Assembly: GCF_037042905.1 (NCBI RefSeq)
Contig: NC_087245.1
Span: forward strand, 2,172,001-2,236,000
Direction: 5' to 3'
DNA length: 64,000 bases
Origin: Lytechinus pictus
Taxonomy: Eukaryota
Positions 25,603-39,914 of the stretch are shown here, in pieces. A program made the translations under genes and the position numbers. The notes below the pieces were generated by a model, which searched no databases, had not been told where the DNA came from, and saw nothing but the letters and a program-made list of their open reading frames with translations. Within the stretch, counting starts at the first letter, position 1; the number at the start of each line of letters is the position of its first letter.

Positions 25603-28600
25603 AATGGAGTGCATGTACTGTAGTAGATGTGTGTATATAATGTGTGTATACCATCTATTTATTACTAGTCAGGGTAATTTACAACTAGATGCCAGGGTCC
25701 ACTATGCACCTCTTTCTAATCAATACATGTTAATCTAATTTAAGTAATCCTTTGGATATGGTCAGTCATATACATCCAGGGTAACTCTTTTCTTCCCCCC
25801 CCCTCTTCTCTCTTTCTCTCTCACTCACTTTTTCGGGCTTTTTTAATGTTACTTTTTATTGATTCCAAAGTTGAGCAAATCATGAAGATGCGAGCTTCCT
25901 TTGTGTCAGGCATATGTTTGGTATGGGAAATAATCTGCATGATATTTGAAAAATGTTGAGTTTGATTTTGAATTATTCCATTGTTACAAGAAGACCTTGA
26001 ACCCCATTATTTTAATCTCACACTAAAGAGACTTCTCCATCCATTCATATACTTTCCAACCTCCGGAAACCATGGTGACCTGTAAATGAGCTTGCACTTT
26101 GTAGATGCTGCACTCTGTTCGTTAACTTTGCCAATCAGCAGTTAACACACCGTTTGGCAATGCTTTTTTGCATACTCCTTGTTCACAAATCCCAGCTAAT
26201 CTCCGGTCACTTTCAAAAAAGTGTCCAAGCAAATGAGGGGTATGATGAAACCGTCTATCGGGAGAGGTTGCTTTGGGGTGCAGAAATTAACAGGTTCAGC
26301 ACTGTATATGGTTATAGCGTCTGTACTTTATATCTGTAAATCTCGAATTTAAAATATAAATTTCTCCCTAAACATTTACACTGAATGTTTGATAAATATA
26401 GCAGGCTATGGTTGTTGATTCTATTATCTAGTTATGTTGATTAAGAAGTTGAATGAGGGCATGTCCAGGGTAATTATTTAAAAAAAAAAAAAAAAAATCT
26501 AGGCCATTTCTTTCAACAGTTAATTAAAAAGTAGCAGTGATGTCCCATGGATCCATCATTTTGCAGTGATGCCATCCTTTCTATAGATGGTGCAACCTTG
26601 TATTGCCATGGAAACTGGATAATGATTAACCCCTCTTATTGGAGCTTCAGACAGAGTTGGAGTTGTTGGGGTGAGGAATCCCGTAGTACCAATTAGTCTA
26701 TCTATCTTCTTTTTTTAATGATTACCCTTCAAGGGTTTGATGTAATTCTTGAGGAGAGTGTGAAAAGGGTTGTAGTAGACCTGTTTACATTAGTCTGAGT
26801 TTTCAGACTATCCCATTATTTCTGATCCTTTGCCTGTGAAAGAGGGTGTTATATATTTTTTCAAGTTACACTAATGAAAACGATATCAGATGGGCAGTCA
26901 TTGCATAGAGTGAATTACAACATCATATTAAGTGGCTTAATTTCAGATTTGTCAAATTTGTCTTGTATAAATTGGTTTTGGAAGTAATTTAAATGCAAAC
27001 GTTTTAGTCATGTTATTTGGTTGTTAGATGGTGAAAGTAGTTATCAATGCAACTAGATTATAGTATAGAAGATGAGGTGTTGACTAGTAGACGGAACCAA
27101 ACATTATAGGATACAGAAACATAGATTAAGTATGTATGCTATTTTACATCATTCGGTTTGTACTTGGCATAAACTTCATTATTCTATTAAAATCAAGTTC
27201 TTTTTATACACCTTGTGCTATTTCTCCATTGATGTTGACTACTGCTTTGTAATTCTATTGCATACAAAATCATGTATGAGCTATATTTCATATAGAACCT
27301 AGACTGTAATAGAAAGAAAGTATGCAAGTCATTGTTTATCTGCTCTCTAATGCATGAAATCACACCCCCTATATTGTGAGACGATCAGTGATGATTTTGC
27401 TTTGCCCATCTCCCCCAAACCAGGGACCTGACCAAACCAAAGCATCCCTGCCTGTGATTGCAGGCCATCACTAATTCGTCTGACAGCTCAGCTTACGTAC
27501 CGCCTCATGAGGGGACTAACGAGCCCTGTAGCCCTTGGAGCGCGGTAATGAGTCGTCTTTTTGAGATGGTTAATCTCCTGGTTTACGTCCTAGCTCTGAA
27601 CCCCATTCCTCAGGAGATAAGCTCCCTTGCAAAAAAAGCAACTGAAATGTGGAAATTGACAATGGGAAAGGGTATTTATGTGGAAATTGTATGTGGGATT
27701 GGTCAGAAATAGATGTAATGATTGAAATTCACACCACATGTTGTTTGTAGACATATGTGTATTCAGATTGAAGGTGTTTCAATGCACAAAGACATTTCTT
27801 TTTGACAAGAGGTATGAAGGGCTGTGTGTATGTTCACACCAATTTGTCTCATATTAGCATCATTATTCCACATTCAAGCACATTTGCTTGGCATAAATCA
27901 ACCCACAACATATGTTGCAGAGAATATCAGCTCTTTGTTGGCAAAAATCATGCATTGTCCCATTCCTAAGAACGCTAGGGATTTCGCCATGTTATATGTT
28001 TTCTTAAAACAAGGATGGATATGGATGACGTGAGGGAAGGATCATCACGTTCTAGAAAATCAAGACTTTCCAGAAGATTTGCAGAAAACGTTGCCAATTT
28101 GAGGCAAGTTTAGAGTAAAGCTCAAAGGTGAAGTCCCTACTGATCTTAGCAGGGTTCTAAGGAGAATGATAGGTTACCAGGATCCTGCAATAAATTGAAT
28201 AAATATGATTATAAATGTCACTTTTTCTGAGTGGATAATGTGATGCTTTTGTTCTTGATATAAGTGGATTTCATGTTTGTGCAAGAATTTTGGTAATTGC
28301 CAAGTATTTGACGCACATGGATTGCTAGGGAGATTTCTTGGGGTGGAAGATGATCTGTTGGTATTAATTGCTTTTATTATTGACATACGAAATCCTATTA
28401 GGGAATGATGTGGGTTATATGGATAAGGTTTAATGAGACTATTGGAGAAAGAGAAAATGAAGAGGACAGCATAAAGAGAGAGAAAAGGGTGTGTAAAACG
28501 GGAAAGAAGAATACAGCAAAGAGAAATTTTGAGAAGAAAAATTTGAAATACTGGCAGAATGTATAAGCTAAGAAATTTATGTTCATGATTACTCGTAACT

Positions 28601-30235
28601 GCTTCAATTTTAAGAGAAATGTAGAAAATATGCCATCCACCCCCAACCTCCCTAAAAATCACATTCATGACAAGGAACTATAACTTGTCCTTTTTGTGGA
28701 GGGGGGGGGGGGGGTGGTATGTAATGGTGCCATATTTCTCTTCCAAATTATAGACACAATATTGCCTTTTCTGACAGACCATGTGTCAATTAGAGTATTG
28801 GATTACTACAATACTAACACAATTCTGAACAAATAAATGCATAGATGGAGGAGGATGGACTTCAACCCAACTTAGTGTATGGTGACAAGCTGACTTGTCA
28901 TGATTGTGAAAAAGAGGGCAAAGGGATTGACCCCCCTCTTGGATTCTAGGTACATCAATTTTATTTTACAAAATATGATTTTTCTTCATCACATGAAAGT
29001 TCATTTCTTTCAAGCTCGAGTAGAAGCTCATTTTGTCTATCATTATTACATCAAGTCCCTGCAAACGGAAATTTAAAGATAATGCAATTACATGAACCTA
29101 CACCATTTATTACTTTCCTTGTGAAATTCAAGTTATATAGATCAAGGCAAAATATGTTTTATTAGCAATGATAGGGTAATTACTATAGTAATAACCCAAG
29201 CAACATGTAGAAGACAGTAGAGTCACTTCTGTTACATTTCCCCCCTCCCCTTCCCCTACTATTGGAAACCGAAAAGCCATAAAAGCTTGAGTTCGCTTAA
29301 GGTCAGGAGTATCTTTCAAAGTGAAAGAATACAATCTTCAAAAAGAAGTAAAGACAAGTACACTTAATTAAATATTAACTAGCAAAGTGCTTCCTGTGAA
29401 TCTTTGCTTAACCACTAAAACCTGATAGCCCATAGACCAATTCAAACTTGATTTTCCAGTGACCATTGCTGCATGTGACCCACAGAATCTCAAGAACTAT
29501 CACTGGTGCTTATAATTGATTAGAATACTTGCATTTTTAGTTTAGGCACAAGTATTTTAGGGAAAATGAAAATCTTGGTATCCTTGTTATACATACAACA
29601 CTTATGGAAGGCAGCATCTTTCTTCCATTTCCCATTTCAGCATCCTTCTATATTTTTCTTCGATACATCTTTGCCTCTAGTCTGCCAATCCAGACTGGGT
29701 TTAACTCTTAATCACAATTGAACTTGGTGGTTGGGGATGTACTTCTAACCAAAGGCTCAATCATGCCATTCATCATATCCTGTCATGTTTGGCAAAGCAA
29801 TTTGTACCAAAAAGTCAACATACTTCGAGAGAATACAGAGAATTATTGTATTAGCCATTCCTCCATCACTCATAGTGGAAAGGTTTCTATTCAATCAATG
29901 TTCTAATTATATTTTGTCCAAAACTACAGCACATGTTTACATTTTGTACTCACTGAAGTGCACGTTATAACTTTAAATAAACCTCTTGTAATTTAGTGTT
30001 TGATAGTTTTCTTATGATTATGAATAGTGGGTGAGAGAAGAGTGAATATTTCATTGTTAAATTCATTTACCAATTATTTACATGAGCTGATTATCATGAC
30101 AATACTCTGTAAAAAACTAATTAAGTTCCCTAGCATATAGATTTGAACAATGAATCTGTTGTTCTGTATGATGTTTAACTGACTTCTTATAAATTTTGTT
30201 CCTATTTTCTGTTTTTGACGGATCATTTATTTTAG

Positions 30236-30263
30236 AGAATAGGAAGAACGTGGAGGAACAAGG
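30236..30263 (+). CDS. Candidate microexon, 28 nt (or 21 nt from the AG at 30242)
   Basis: T-rich tract ...TTTATTTTAG|, purine/GAA-rich body, donor AGG|GTAAGA. Confidence 0.45.
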
Positions 30264-33200
30264 GTAAGAAAAAATGTTTTGAAACATCAATAGTTTTGCT
30301 GCTTAGAATGAAAATTGACATATCCAGATGCAGACGTAAACATGGCTTCTGTATGTTTGCTGTGCAAATCAATTTATCACTACATCAAATTAGGGGATGG
30401 TTGCCCCAGTAGGTATCTCTGGGTGCCCAGTAGGGGCCATATCAGGGTGCCAATCACCCCCCCCCCCTGGAAGCTATCCATGATTATACCATGGTAGGTT
30501 CTGTGGTTAAATATGGTAATGTGAGAAGGGCAAGTACTTTCACATGGCCCCAAGATTGTATTAAATTATTACAATGTCTCATTCAGCAGCTTGTTTTCTT
30601 TAGTGATGTTAGAGATAATCATATGTCAAGGAGTTATGAATGAATATGAATATAGGATAAATGTGTCACATTGCTGGTAAACTCTTAATGCCTCTCTGAA
30701 AATAGTATTTAGGCAGTGTGAATGTCCTTTGGTGAAGCTCGTCATTGATTTTTATCCTGTTCATATTTAGACATCAAATCAAGGACCGCCTGTCGTCTCT
30801 AAACACACATTGCCATTTCCGATTGGGGTCTTGTCAAATTGAAAGTCTTGTTCTGGTTCTCAGCTCACCAGCTCTCAAGCTGTATCGGTGTCTTAGAATT
30901 GACATTGGTCCTCACCACGTGGTGGGAACAGTAAGTCAGAGATAAAGGGGAACCAAGGCTCTGACTTATATTTTTCAGTATAGGCAATTGATTTATGATA
31001 TTTTTCATGTAATCATAAAGTTCAGATTTCTTCTTATTTTGATGCCTAATATGATATTTAAAAGTGTACACCTCAATGAACAAGAATGGTTAAAATTTTA
31101 GTGTCAAAATAAAGTTTCACATTTTTGCTTTGCAAACTTTCAAAGTTTGAACACTAAGGCATGCACTTGATATGTATCGTACTGAATATTTACAAAATCA
31201 TCACTAAATAATTGTTTCTAAAGAAAGTGAAAGAAGTGTTGCAAGCCATTTCATTTCTTCCTTCTTGACTGAATTTTAAGAATGCTAAAAGCTTCTTACA
31301 ATTCTCCCATAAAGAAACACCATGACCGGTTACTATTTTACAAATTGCTAGCATATTATCCACCACAGATCAGACATATCAGATATCACCTTTTTGTAAA
31401 CTGCAGTACGGTTCCGAAAGTTAAATCATGAAAAGTGCATTTTTTCCCAACAGGGATAAAAGGGGGGGGGGGGGGGGTAAAACTGCTCATTCCAAACTGC
31501 CTTAGTAATGGTGTTCTGTTTCAGGTCAAGAAATGAAAGATCTTTACAAATTTTCACCCAAAAAGGAAAAATTATTCTGAAGCATTCTTCAGATTTCATT
31601 ACAAATAATAGTGTTTGGTTCAACGTTAAAAAAATGAGAGTGCAACTTAAAAGGTTGTAAAGAATGTTATAGGGCCTACATAATACAGAGCAAGTATTCT
31701 TCTTCTAAATATTTTCGACTCCTTAGCCTTTTGGAGACTGTCTCATTATTTCTTAACACACACAGACCCTGAACAGTTAAATTTTTGTGTGAATTTATAC
31801 AAAATGTATTCAACAATTTGTCAATTTATCCCCAAATTCCAGTCTAAACACACGCTGTAATATTAGACTGAATAAACACAATCTCCACCTGCTTGTACAA
31901 TACAGACTTCCCAAACTTGGTTCTCTTTTTTTTTTGTGAAAGAAACTTTTTGAGACAGAAAACCAAGCAAGGGTGAATAATTTGTCTGTACCTTGGATCT
32001 AATTTGGGATTTCAGAAATCTCTTATGAAAATATTTCCTTAAAAGCAATCGCAAATTATGTTAAAATGGAGAGTGTTGACAAACTGAATTTCACCCCATC
32101 ACTAGTTATTTTGTTACCAATAGCAACTCATAAGATGGGTCTTTGTACAAAAAAACACAATTTTTTCCCCCTCCTAATTCTAACAAATCTGTGATGAAAT
32201 ACATTCAAATCGAATGCTTATACACTGCAAGATTTCAATCTTCCAAGTTATTTTCAAACCCAACATGTGATAAACTGATGAATTACAAACTGGTTCACAA
32301 TTGACGGGTCTTTACCAGTGTAATATATTTTAGAAAATGTCGCTGATATAGGTAATAAGTATGATGAACACATTGAAAATTATTCCAAATTATGAATTTG
32401 ATTATTTGAATGATAACTTTCAATAAACCAGGCAGTCCCTTATGTTTTCAGTGAAGCAAATAATTGCACAGTATTTTTTCTGAGAAAATTGATGCAAAGC
32501 TAGCTGCCTTACAGATTCAGACCATGGCTTCATTTAGCATAAAAAATGGATTTCATGGTCTATTTGACCATCACGCTTGTAAATGAACAATTCTTTCAGT
32601 CAATGACCTGAAAATGTACTTTCTCCAATATTTCTCTCCCAAAAAATTGTAACCAGTTTCGATTTTGTGTCCTTCCATCTCACTTATTTCAAAATCTCCA
32701 CCGTCCTGCAATAGTAGCACTAATTTAACATGTATTTCTGTTGCACATTGCAATGAAATTAAGCAGGGACAACAAATTGAATTGGACCAGAAGAAGTATG
32801 ATTTGCAATCGATTTCTTTCTATATGAAAATTGGCCAGCTTTAGCTTAATTTGGTGTATTGATTGGAGCTGTGGAAGGATGTTTTATTTCTATATACTTG
32901 GAATTTAGTCATTGAAAGATGATGTCATATTTTGTGGAACAATTTATTTCTGGTATCCTTACAACTTCTTAAGTACTGTATGATTCATAGATGAATATGT
33001 ATTTCATTTATTCCAATATAGTTACTTCAAATAAATCACTGGTAGATATTTCATACTAATAATTAATGACAAATATTGAAGGGGTCAATAACGTTTTTGG
33101 AGGTGCACAATTTTTGTCTACATATTAATAACTGGAATTTAAAATTAGAATTTTATTTCACTGTCTTATTCTTAGAATTCATATCAATAATGTAATTATC

Positions 33201-36200
33201 CTAAAAGCAAAAAGAGCGAAAATAAAAGATAGTGCTTTTCCACGTAGACCAATCTGCTAATATTACAATGGGGGAAATCTAATAAGCATTAAAGGCCTTA
33301 ACTTTTTTTATTTGTCATGTTTGTGTTCAGATTCTTTTTTCTTTTGTTTCCAATTTATTTTAATCATTTATTGTTTTTTGAATTTTTGCTTAAAATTTAT
33401 TTTTTATTCATTATTTTATGTATTTATCATAATTATTCTTATCAACTCTTTTTTTTTTTTGGGGGGGGGGATTGGTGGTGCACTGATGTATTACTGAAAT
33501 AGGTTTTTTGCTTTTATGCTTTTGCAGTTTGCAGTGTAAACCTAGCTAATTTTAGTTAGCTGTAATAGCATAAGCTTTTCCAGTCAACTTTCAGCCATCC
33601 ACAAATTGATTCAGTCTGTCATTCATCATTCAGTGAAAATGTTTTATTTGCAACATTCATGTACCCTTTTCATATGGTTATGCCCACGGCTTGAGCACTA
33701 TCAATTTCTATCCTAAATTCTCATTGGTCATTGGATCGAGTAACATAGCTCCAGACTATATTCCGGGAAGATAGTGATAGCTTCTTCTTTTCCATCACTC
33801 AGTGATTGAACTGATTCTGATTAGCAGGGGCACAGTCATGTAAATGAAGAGGTTACTTGAAACTTGGACGGTGCCCCTTCCAACTTCCTCCAAGATACAG
33901 AGTCCTTTTGCCTCAGGATGTTGTATATTGACGTTATCCATATTCATGATTTCATTGGGAAAATATCAACTTTATTTTCCTCCTTGTGGTGTATTAATTT
34001 CATTCAAATTCTACTGTCAGATTCGCCTGTTTACCTTCAAGTGTATGTAAATGCTTTCTCTAGAACTATTTAGTAAGATGTGATTTCTATTAATTGGATT
34101 CTAGGTAATTCATTTTGAGGTAATATATTTGATTTGGATTTGGGGAATACAAATTGAAACTTTCTTGAAATTCACTTGCTGAAACAGTTGCATATAGCTT
34201 GATGTCCACTTTGGAAAAGTTGTTTTGTTTAATCGCAAGTATTTGCCTATTAAAAAAAAAAAGAAATTTTTTGTTTGTTATGACCATGAATTATTATTTC
34301 ATATTGAATATATTGCAAAAATATTCTAATTATAAGATTATTTGTCCTTCTGAATTTAGGATTAAATCTGTTAGTGAAAGTTGCAGCTTCAAAATAATTG
34401 ATAGGACACTCCATTGGTAAGGTCCAATACTTATTTGGAATAATCACACATAAAATTATTGATTCCAAGTAGGCCTATAGATTGGAATGGCATGGGGGAA
34501 CAAATGTGCCATAGATGAATAATCGAAGCTGCCTTACATTTTACCCCAGTATAATTCCAAATTGAGTCAGTTTAATCAATTTCATATTAGTCATCAATTT
34601 CACTTGCAAATGTATGTTGAAATATGGATTACCATACTTGATTATCAATATGCATGCTCTTTTAAACAGGACCTCTGCTCTAGGATTAGTCTACCAATTT
34701 CAACTCTTTGAAGTTTTAGATATTCACATTTTTATTCAATATGTATTTAGCCTGTAGATTTTTGCCTGAAATATAAATGTTGTCAATTACCAGATTATTA
34801 TTTTTTTACCAGAAATTATTATTTTTAATTGCATGTTTTTATAAAATATAGAAACATGTTTATGTACATGAAAGAGGCTTTGTAATTGTCATTGAGATGA
34901 TTTTTTTTTCTTAAAACAATAAGATGTACCTAAGATTTTATGATAGAGGAATGAGAAAAGAAGAGGGAGAGAGAGTGAGAGAAAGAGAGAGAAAGTGAGA
35001 GAGAAGTGGAAGGGAGATGGGATGGCGGATGCAAGAATATAATACAAGTGCTAATCAGGTACTTTGTGTCCGGGTCTGCAGCACAGACTGTTCATCAGCT
35101 GTATTGATTTCTCAATGTAATGACCATATTGTACAATGTCTGGAGGGGGTATGAATAATATTAACAAAAAACCACAAATGTCATAATTGTCGCTATACAG
35201 CCAAGGCTTGATGCCTTTTGTAATTGTGATCTTAGCGTATGCATGTCCTTCCATTTCCTCTGGAACTCCTAATGGGATTTCAAAAGGCAAATTGCTGTGC
35301 ACTTTTGGATTTTTTTTATTTGTAAGAATATAAATGAAGGAACGTCTCCACAATCTTCCTAGCCCTGCCCAATCAAGCTGTGGAAAGAAAGAAATAAAAT
35401 GAGAGTGAGAGAGGAGGCGAAGAGCAAGAAAGAAAAACGGTATTTGGTGGATGAAGATTCCATTTCAAATTAAAGATATTGGTCTATTGTGGATGAGTGT
35501 CCATGCAGGAGTTGATTTGCTTAGTCATAATTAGTTGAATATGTTAGATTGGAGATGAATAAATTGAGATAGGAACCGGGCAGACTCCCGTTATTTTCCA
35601 GGACACGTCGGCTTGCACTTTTACGATTCCTTCCACTGTTTTTATCTCTCTCTGTTTCATTAAAGAATGTGTTGTACAGAGGAAGCATGCTCCATTGGAT
35701 TAGGCAAACCAAATTGAAGATAATTCTACAAAGGGTCTAATTTTTTCGTGTACGCAGTCTGTAACTGAATTATCCTGAGAAATTGACGAAATTGTGAATG
35801 GTAAGGAGTAAGGACCAGAAATACTGAAATTGAATTTACAAGGTGAATTTGTAAGTAGCCTTCTAATTAACTTTCGGAAGTGACCCTTCAAAATTGCTAA
35901 TAAGTTTAGTGAATGGCAACCCATATGAAAGGAGATTATTTCACCAGTGCAATGAATGTCTTTTTGAAGTTGAAGCTTTGACAAATATTGAATTATATGA
36001 TTTATTGACATTTCTCCTATCCGATTAAAGAATAGGTGAAAGGGATGTTTTGATCATATATGACAATTAACAGAGATTATGAAAAAAAAACTTGGAAAGA
36101 AAATCATTGTCTCAAATATTGTTTGTGTTGTCTTGTCAGCATTAATTATTTTATATACTTTAAAAAAAAAGTATAACAGTCTTATTAAGTTGACATCTGA

Positions 36201-37576
36201 CAATTGTGGCATCCACTATAATATTTGTTTAGCTTAACACATGAATGATTAAAATTAGTAATTAAATGACCAGAGAATATTGAGAATCAGTAATTAGAAC
36301 CATCAATATCTTGAGGGAAATAGCTGTGTCTGCCATCTTACTCTCCTGCTGTACTTCAAGATCAGAATGTATGGAGTAAAAACTTTCTCCAAGAGTATGA
36401 CGTGCCAAAATTTCCTAGAAACCACCAACCAATGAAGAGATTATCTCCTTATATAGGAGCCTGAAGTCCAAGGATGAATCCATTCTCCAATCCACTCAGG
36501 TGTACCATATCTTTGATCTAGTAATGAGAATAAAACCATTACCATGACCAAGCTGAGTCAACGTCATCGTCATAGAAATGTACATCTCTTGAGGATTTAT
36601 GGAAGATGGAATTTTGCTTTACGTTGAATGGTCTTTCTTGAAATTTTTCTGCATTGTGAAATGTAGCAATGTAAAGAATTGAGTTATTGTGCTATATTGA
36701 TAATGATTTTTAATTCATCTCATGATGCCATGAACTTATAAGATTATTCCACTCTCTCATTTGCCTTTTCCCCTCAGTTCTATTTTATTAATATGATTGA
36801 CCTTTCTTTGGCTTATTCTGATGAATTTCATAGATTGTCCTGATTGAATTATGATTTTACATTGATATTCATTTTCAAACAATATCATTATCTCGGTGTC
36901 AATACTAGCAGGTGTTTTCACACCAGTGTAGTCTTGTAAAACAATGACAGTCTATTTCTAGTCTCATTTGCAATGTGATAATGATCAAGATGAAATTCAT
37001 GATTTCTTCTTTCGCCCATGAGACCAGTAGATGGACAACAGCATTGAAGCATTTGCAGGAAGACAATAGATACAGTGAACTCATGAAATATGTAAACCCT
37101 ATGATTGTGGGATGACGTAAGCATTGCAAAGGGCTCTTTAGTTAGCCATGCACCTTCAACCAGTTGCTAAGGAAGCTTTTTATGATAGTATTACATGGCC
37201 ATTTTCAGTGGAAGGGGATCGTGGGTTGTACAAGTATTGTGTGGTAAATTATGGCTGTTTACTCCAGATTTTGTACTGATTTGATGATAAGAATTTAAAG
37301 CTGTATTATTAAAATTATGCAGAAATTGAGAAGATAATTCTTTTAAGCATTGGAAGGTGCCAATTTGATTCATAATTAGAATGAATGATGTAAGCACTTT
37401 GAGAGTAGAGCTTGAGAGATCTAGGAAAGAGTGGGAGGGTTGCTAAGGAAGCTTACAAATGCAAATACCAGTGAGATTGCATCAGTGGAATGAATACATT
37501 CGTTGTTGGTTTGTTATGAGTGTATCATGGTATGGCCTTAAAAGTGATGTTTAAGCAAATATAATGGGCCATTAGG

Positions 37577-37960
37577 GAGAGAGAGAGAGAGAGAGATACA
37601 GAGAGTGATAGAGAGGAGACAGGGAGAGAGTGTTATCTGGAGCAGAAGCAACTAATATTTAATTATGAGTGGGTGTCTAATTATGGGTAGTTGCTAGATC
37701 CCCATAAAGAGAAAGGCTAAATGATGTTTGTATTCGGTCAATGATTATGAATTGAATGTGAGAATGGTAGGCCTACCTGTTACCATGGACTTATGTAAAT
37801 ATGATGAAGATGGTATACTGATATCAGATAATGGCGGTGGTGATCATGATCATGGTGATGGTCTTGATGATGATGATGATGATTATTATTCTGAGGATAG
37901 TAATGATGGTGATGATATTGATGGTCTGTTGCTGATGATGATACAGTGGTAATGATTATA
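37577..37960. repeat. (GA)n tract (37577-37630) and degenerate (GAT)n tract (about 37800-37960)
   Basis: Read directly from the sequence. Confidence 0.85.
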
Positions 37961-38412
37961 GATCATGACTGAAAATAATGAATTATTGCTCGTTTGCAAT
38001 AATACATAAATGTACTTATATTGCTTGCATTGATGTCACTATTACTGATAATCTTGCTTATGGAATGAATGAAGTATGTTCATTAAATTGAATTGCTCGT
38101 TATTAATTTTGTGAAACTACAAGTAAATCCACAAATAAAAAATAAATCATAGTAAATAATAGCTGACTGCCTTTCTCTCATTGTCTTGATATAAATTTGT
38201 ATTAATATGATGGTTAATAGTTCATTTGTTTCTTTTCTCTTATTTCCTCCATTCTTCATCATTGTCCCGTACTCATCCATTCAATGGTACCAGGTGAGTC
38301 AAGCCATTTAATTTTCACCCATTCGGAATAAGAATAAAGACATGCTATTATGATGAATATATCTCTACTTCATAATTATGCTTAAATGTGCTGTGATGAC
38401 TGTGAAGTAAGC

Positions 38413-38515
38413 ACTACTTATACTACTATTACTACTACTACTACTACTACTCCTCCTCCTCCTCCTCCTCCTCCTCCTCCTCCTCCTCCTCCTCCTCCTA
38501 CTCCTACTACTACTC

Positions 38516-38602
<87 letters not shown>

Positions 38603-38672
38603 TTACTACTACTCCTACTACTACTACTCCTACTACTACTCCTACTACTTCTACTCCTACTACTACTACTAC
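38413..38672. repeat. Compound (ACT)n-(CCT)n-(ACT)n microsatellite
   Basis: CCT block about 38452-38499 flanked by ACT runs; explains the poly-T/P and poly-S/R ORFs. Confidence 0.97.
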
Positions 38673-39914
38673 ATGTTCTTTTATGTATTAAACCTAAAGG
38701 CTTAATCAAGGGCTAATGAGGTACTTGATCTTTAGAGGAGTAATTACTGTTACTGAGTATCATTTAATCTTCCCTGAAATGTAAGAAGATGAAAAGTTTA
38801 TAAGGTGTGATGGGTGAAAAATTGATTATCATAGGTTACTGCAGATCACGTAGGTTCTTCAAATTTGAGCAATAAGAGAGTTTCCTGAAGATGAATTTGA
38901 GCAGATTGGCAAGAAGAGTATCTCTTTGTGTGAAGGTCAAGTATTTCATATATTGCAAATCCAGTACGAATTCACTTATTGAGGAATCAAATATCTTATA
39001 CAGGTCTTGGTGAAATGCATTCAGTTTTCAGGTGGTTAATATGAGATAAAGAACCCTGAAGATCTCCAAAGCCTCTCATGAAATTTGCTGTACTCTGGAT
39101 TCATGGAAATGATTTTCTTTTGAATAACAGGAAAATTTGTAAGAGGTACTTACTACAAAGTTATTTGTCTTGTAAAATTGAAATGTAATACCATGGCCTA
39201 TAGGATTTTGATGTACATTAATATAACACCTAGTTGAATGCCAGGACTTTTAGTATCATGTCAAGAATGACATATAAGTGCTAAGTTTTCTTCAGGACTG
39301 TCCCTACCTAGATCTGTTTCCAAACATGTAAGCTGGCAAGCAGCTAGTGTTTCATCAAAAGAGACACTTGTGTTTATCCCTTAGTCTATCTGTTTAAATC
39401 CTTTCTTTACATGTTTCGAATGTGGATAGCACTGCTGTCAGCATTGAGCTAATTTGAAAGGATAAATAACGCTCATCACGTCCAAACACGAGGATCTCGC
39501 ACCAATAATCATCTCATTGATGGTGCCAATTGTCTGGCCGCCAGGGAAACATTTAGGAGTCACTGGTGGTTTTGTTGTGGAGAAACTGAAACACAACATC
39601 ATCACCACTTAATTAATAGGACAGACCTTATCAGTACAGATACCTTATATCCTCAGTTACCATGCTCCTATGGAGAATATTTTAGAATATCTTTTGGCAT
39701 TTGCTTTCAATCAATCTTTCAAATGCAAATACATTCTCCAATTTTATTCATTTGATACCATATTCAGATTCTTGTGAAAATAGAGTTTCCTCATACCAAA
39801 CATGCTAGATCTATATTTGCTTTTAGAAAATTGTTGATTATTCAACATATTGTTTCATTCTCATTAATTTCTTAGTAAGTTAAGTTTGTAAAGTTTGTAC
39901 TGCTCTCCCATTAA

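Noticed and set aside
28174..28668. 164-aa minus-strand ORF
   Set aside because: Low-complexity F/L/I/S composition from a purine-rich tract; no domain motif or splice support.
38365..38709. Ser/Arg-rich and Thr/Pro-rich (mucin- or SR-like) ORFs
   Set aside because: They are translations of the (ACT)n/(CCT)n microsatellite, with no exon boundaries.
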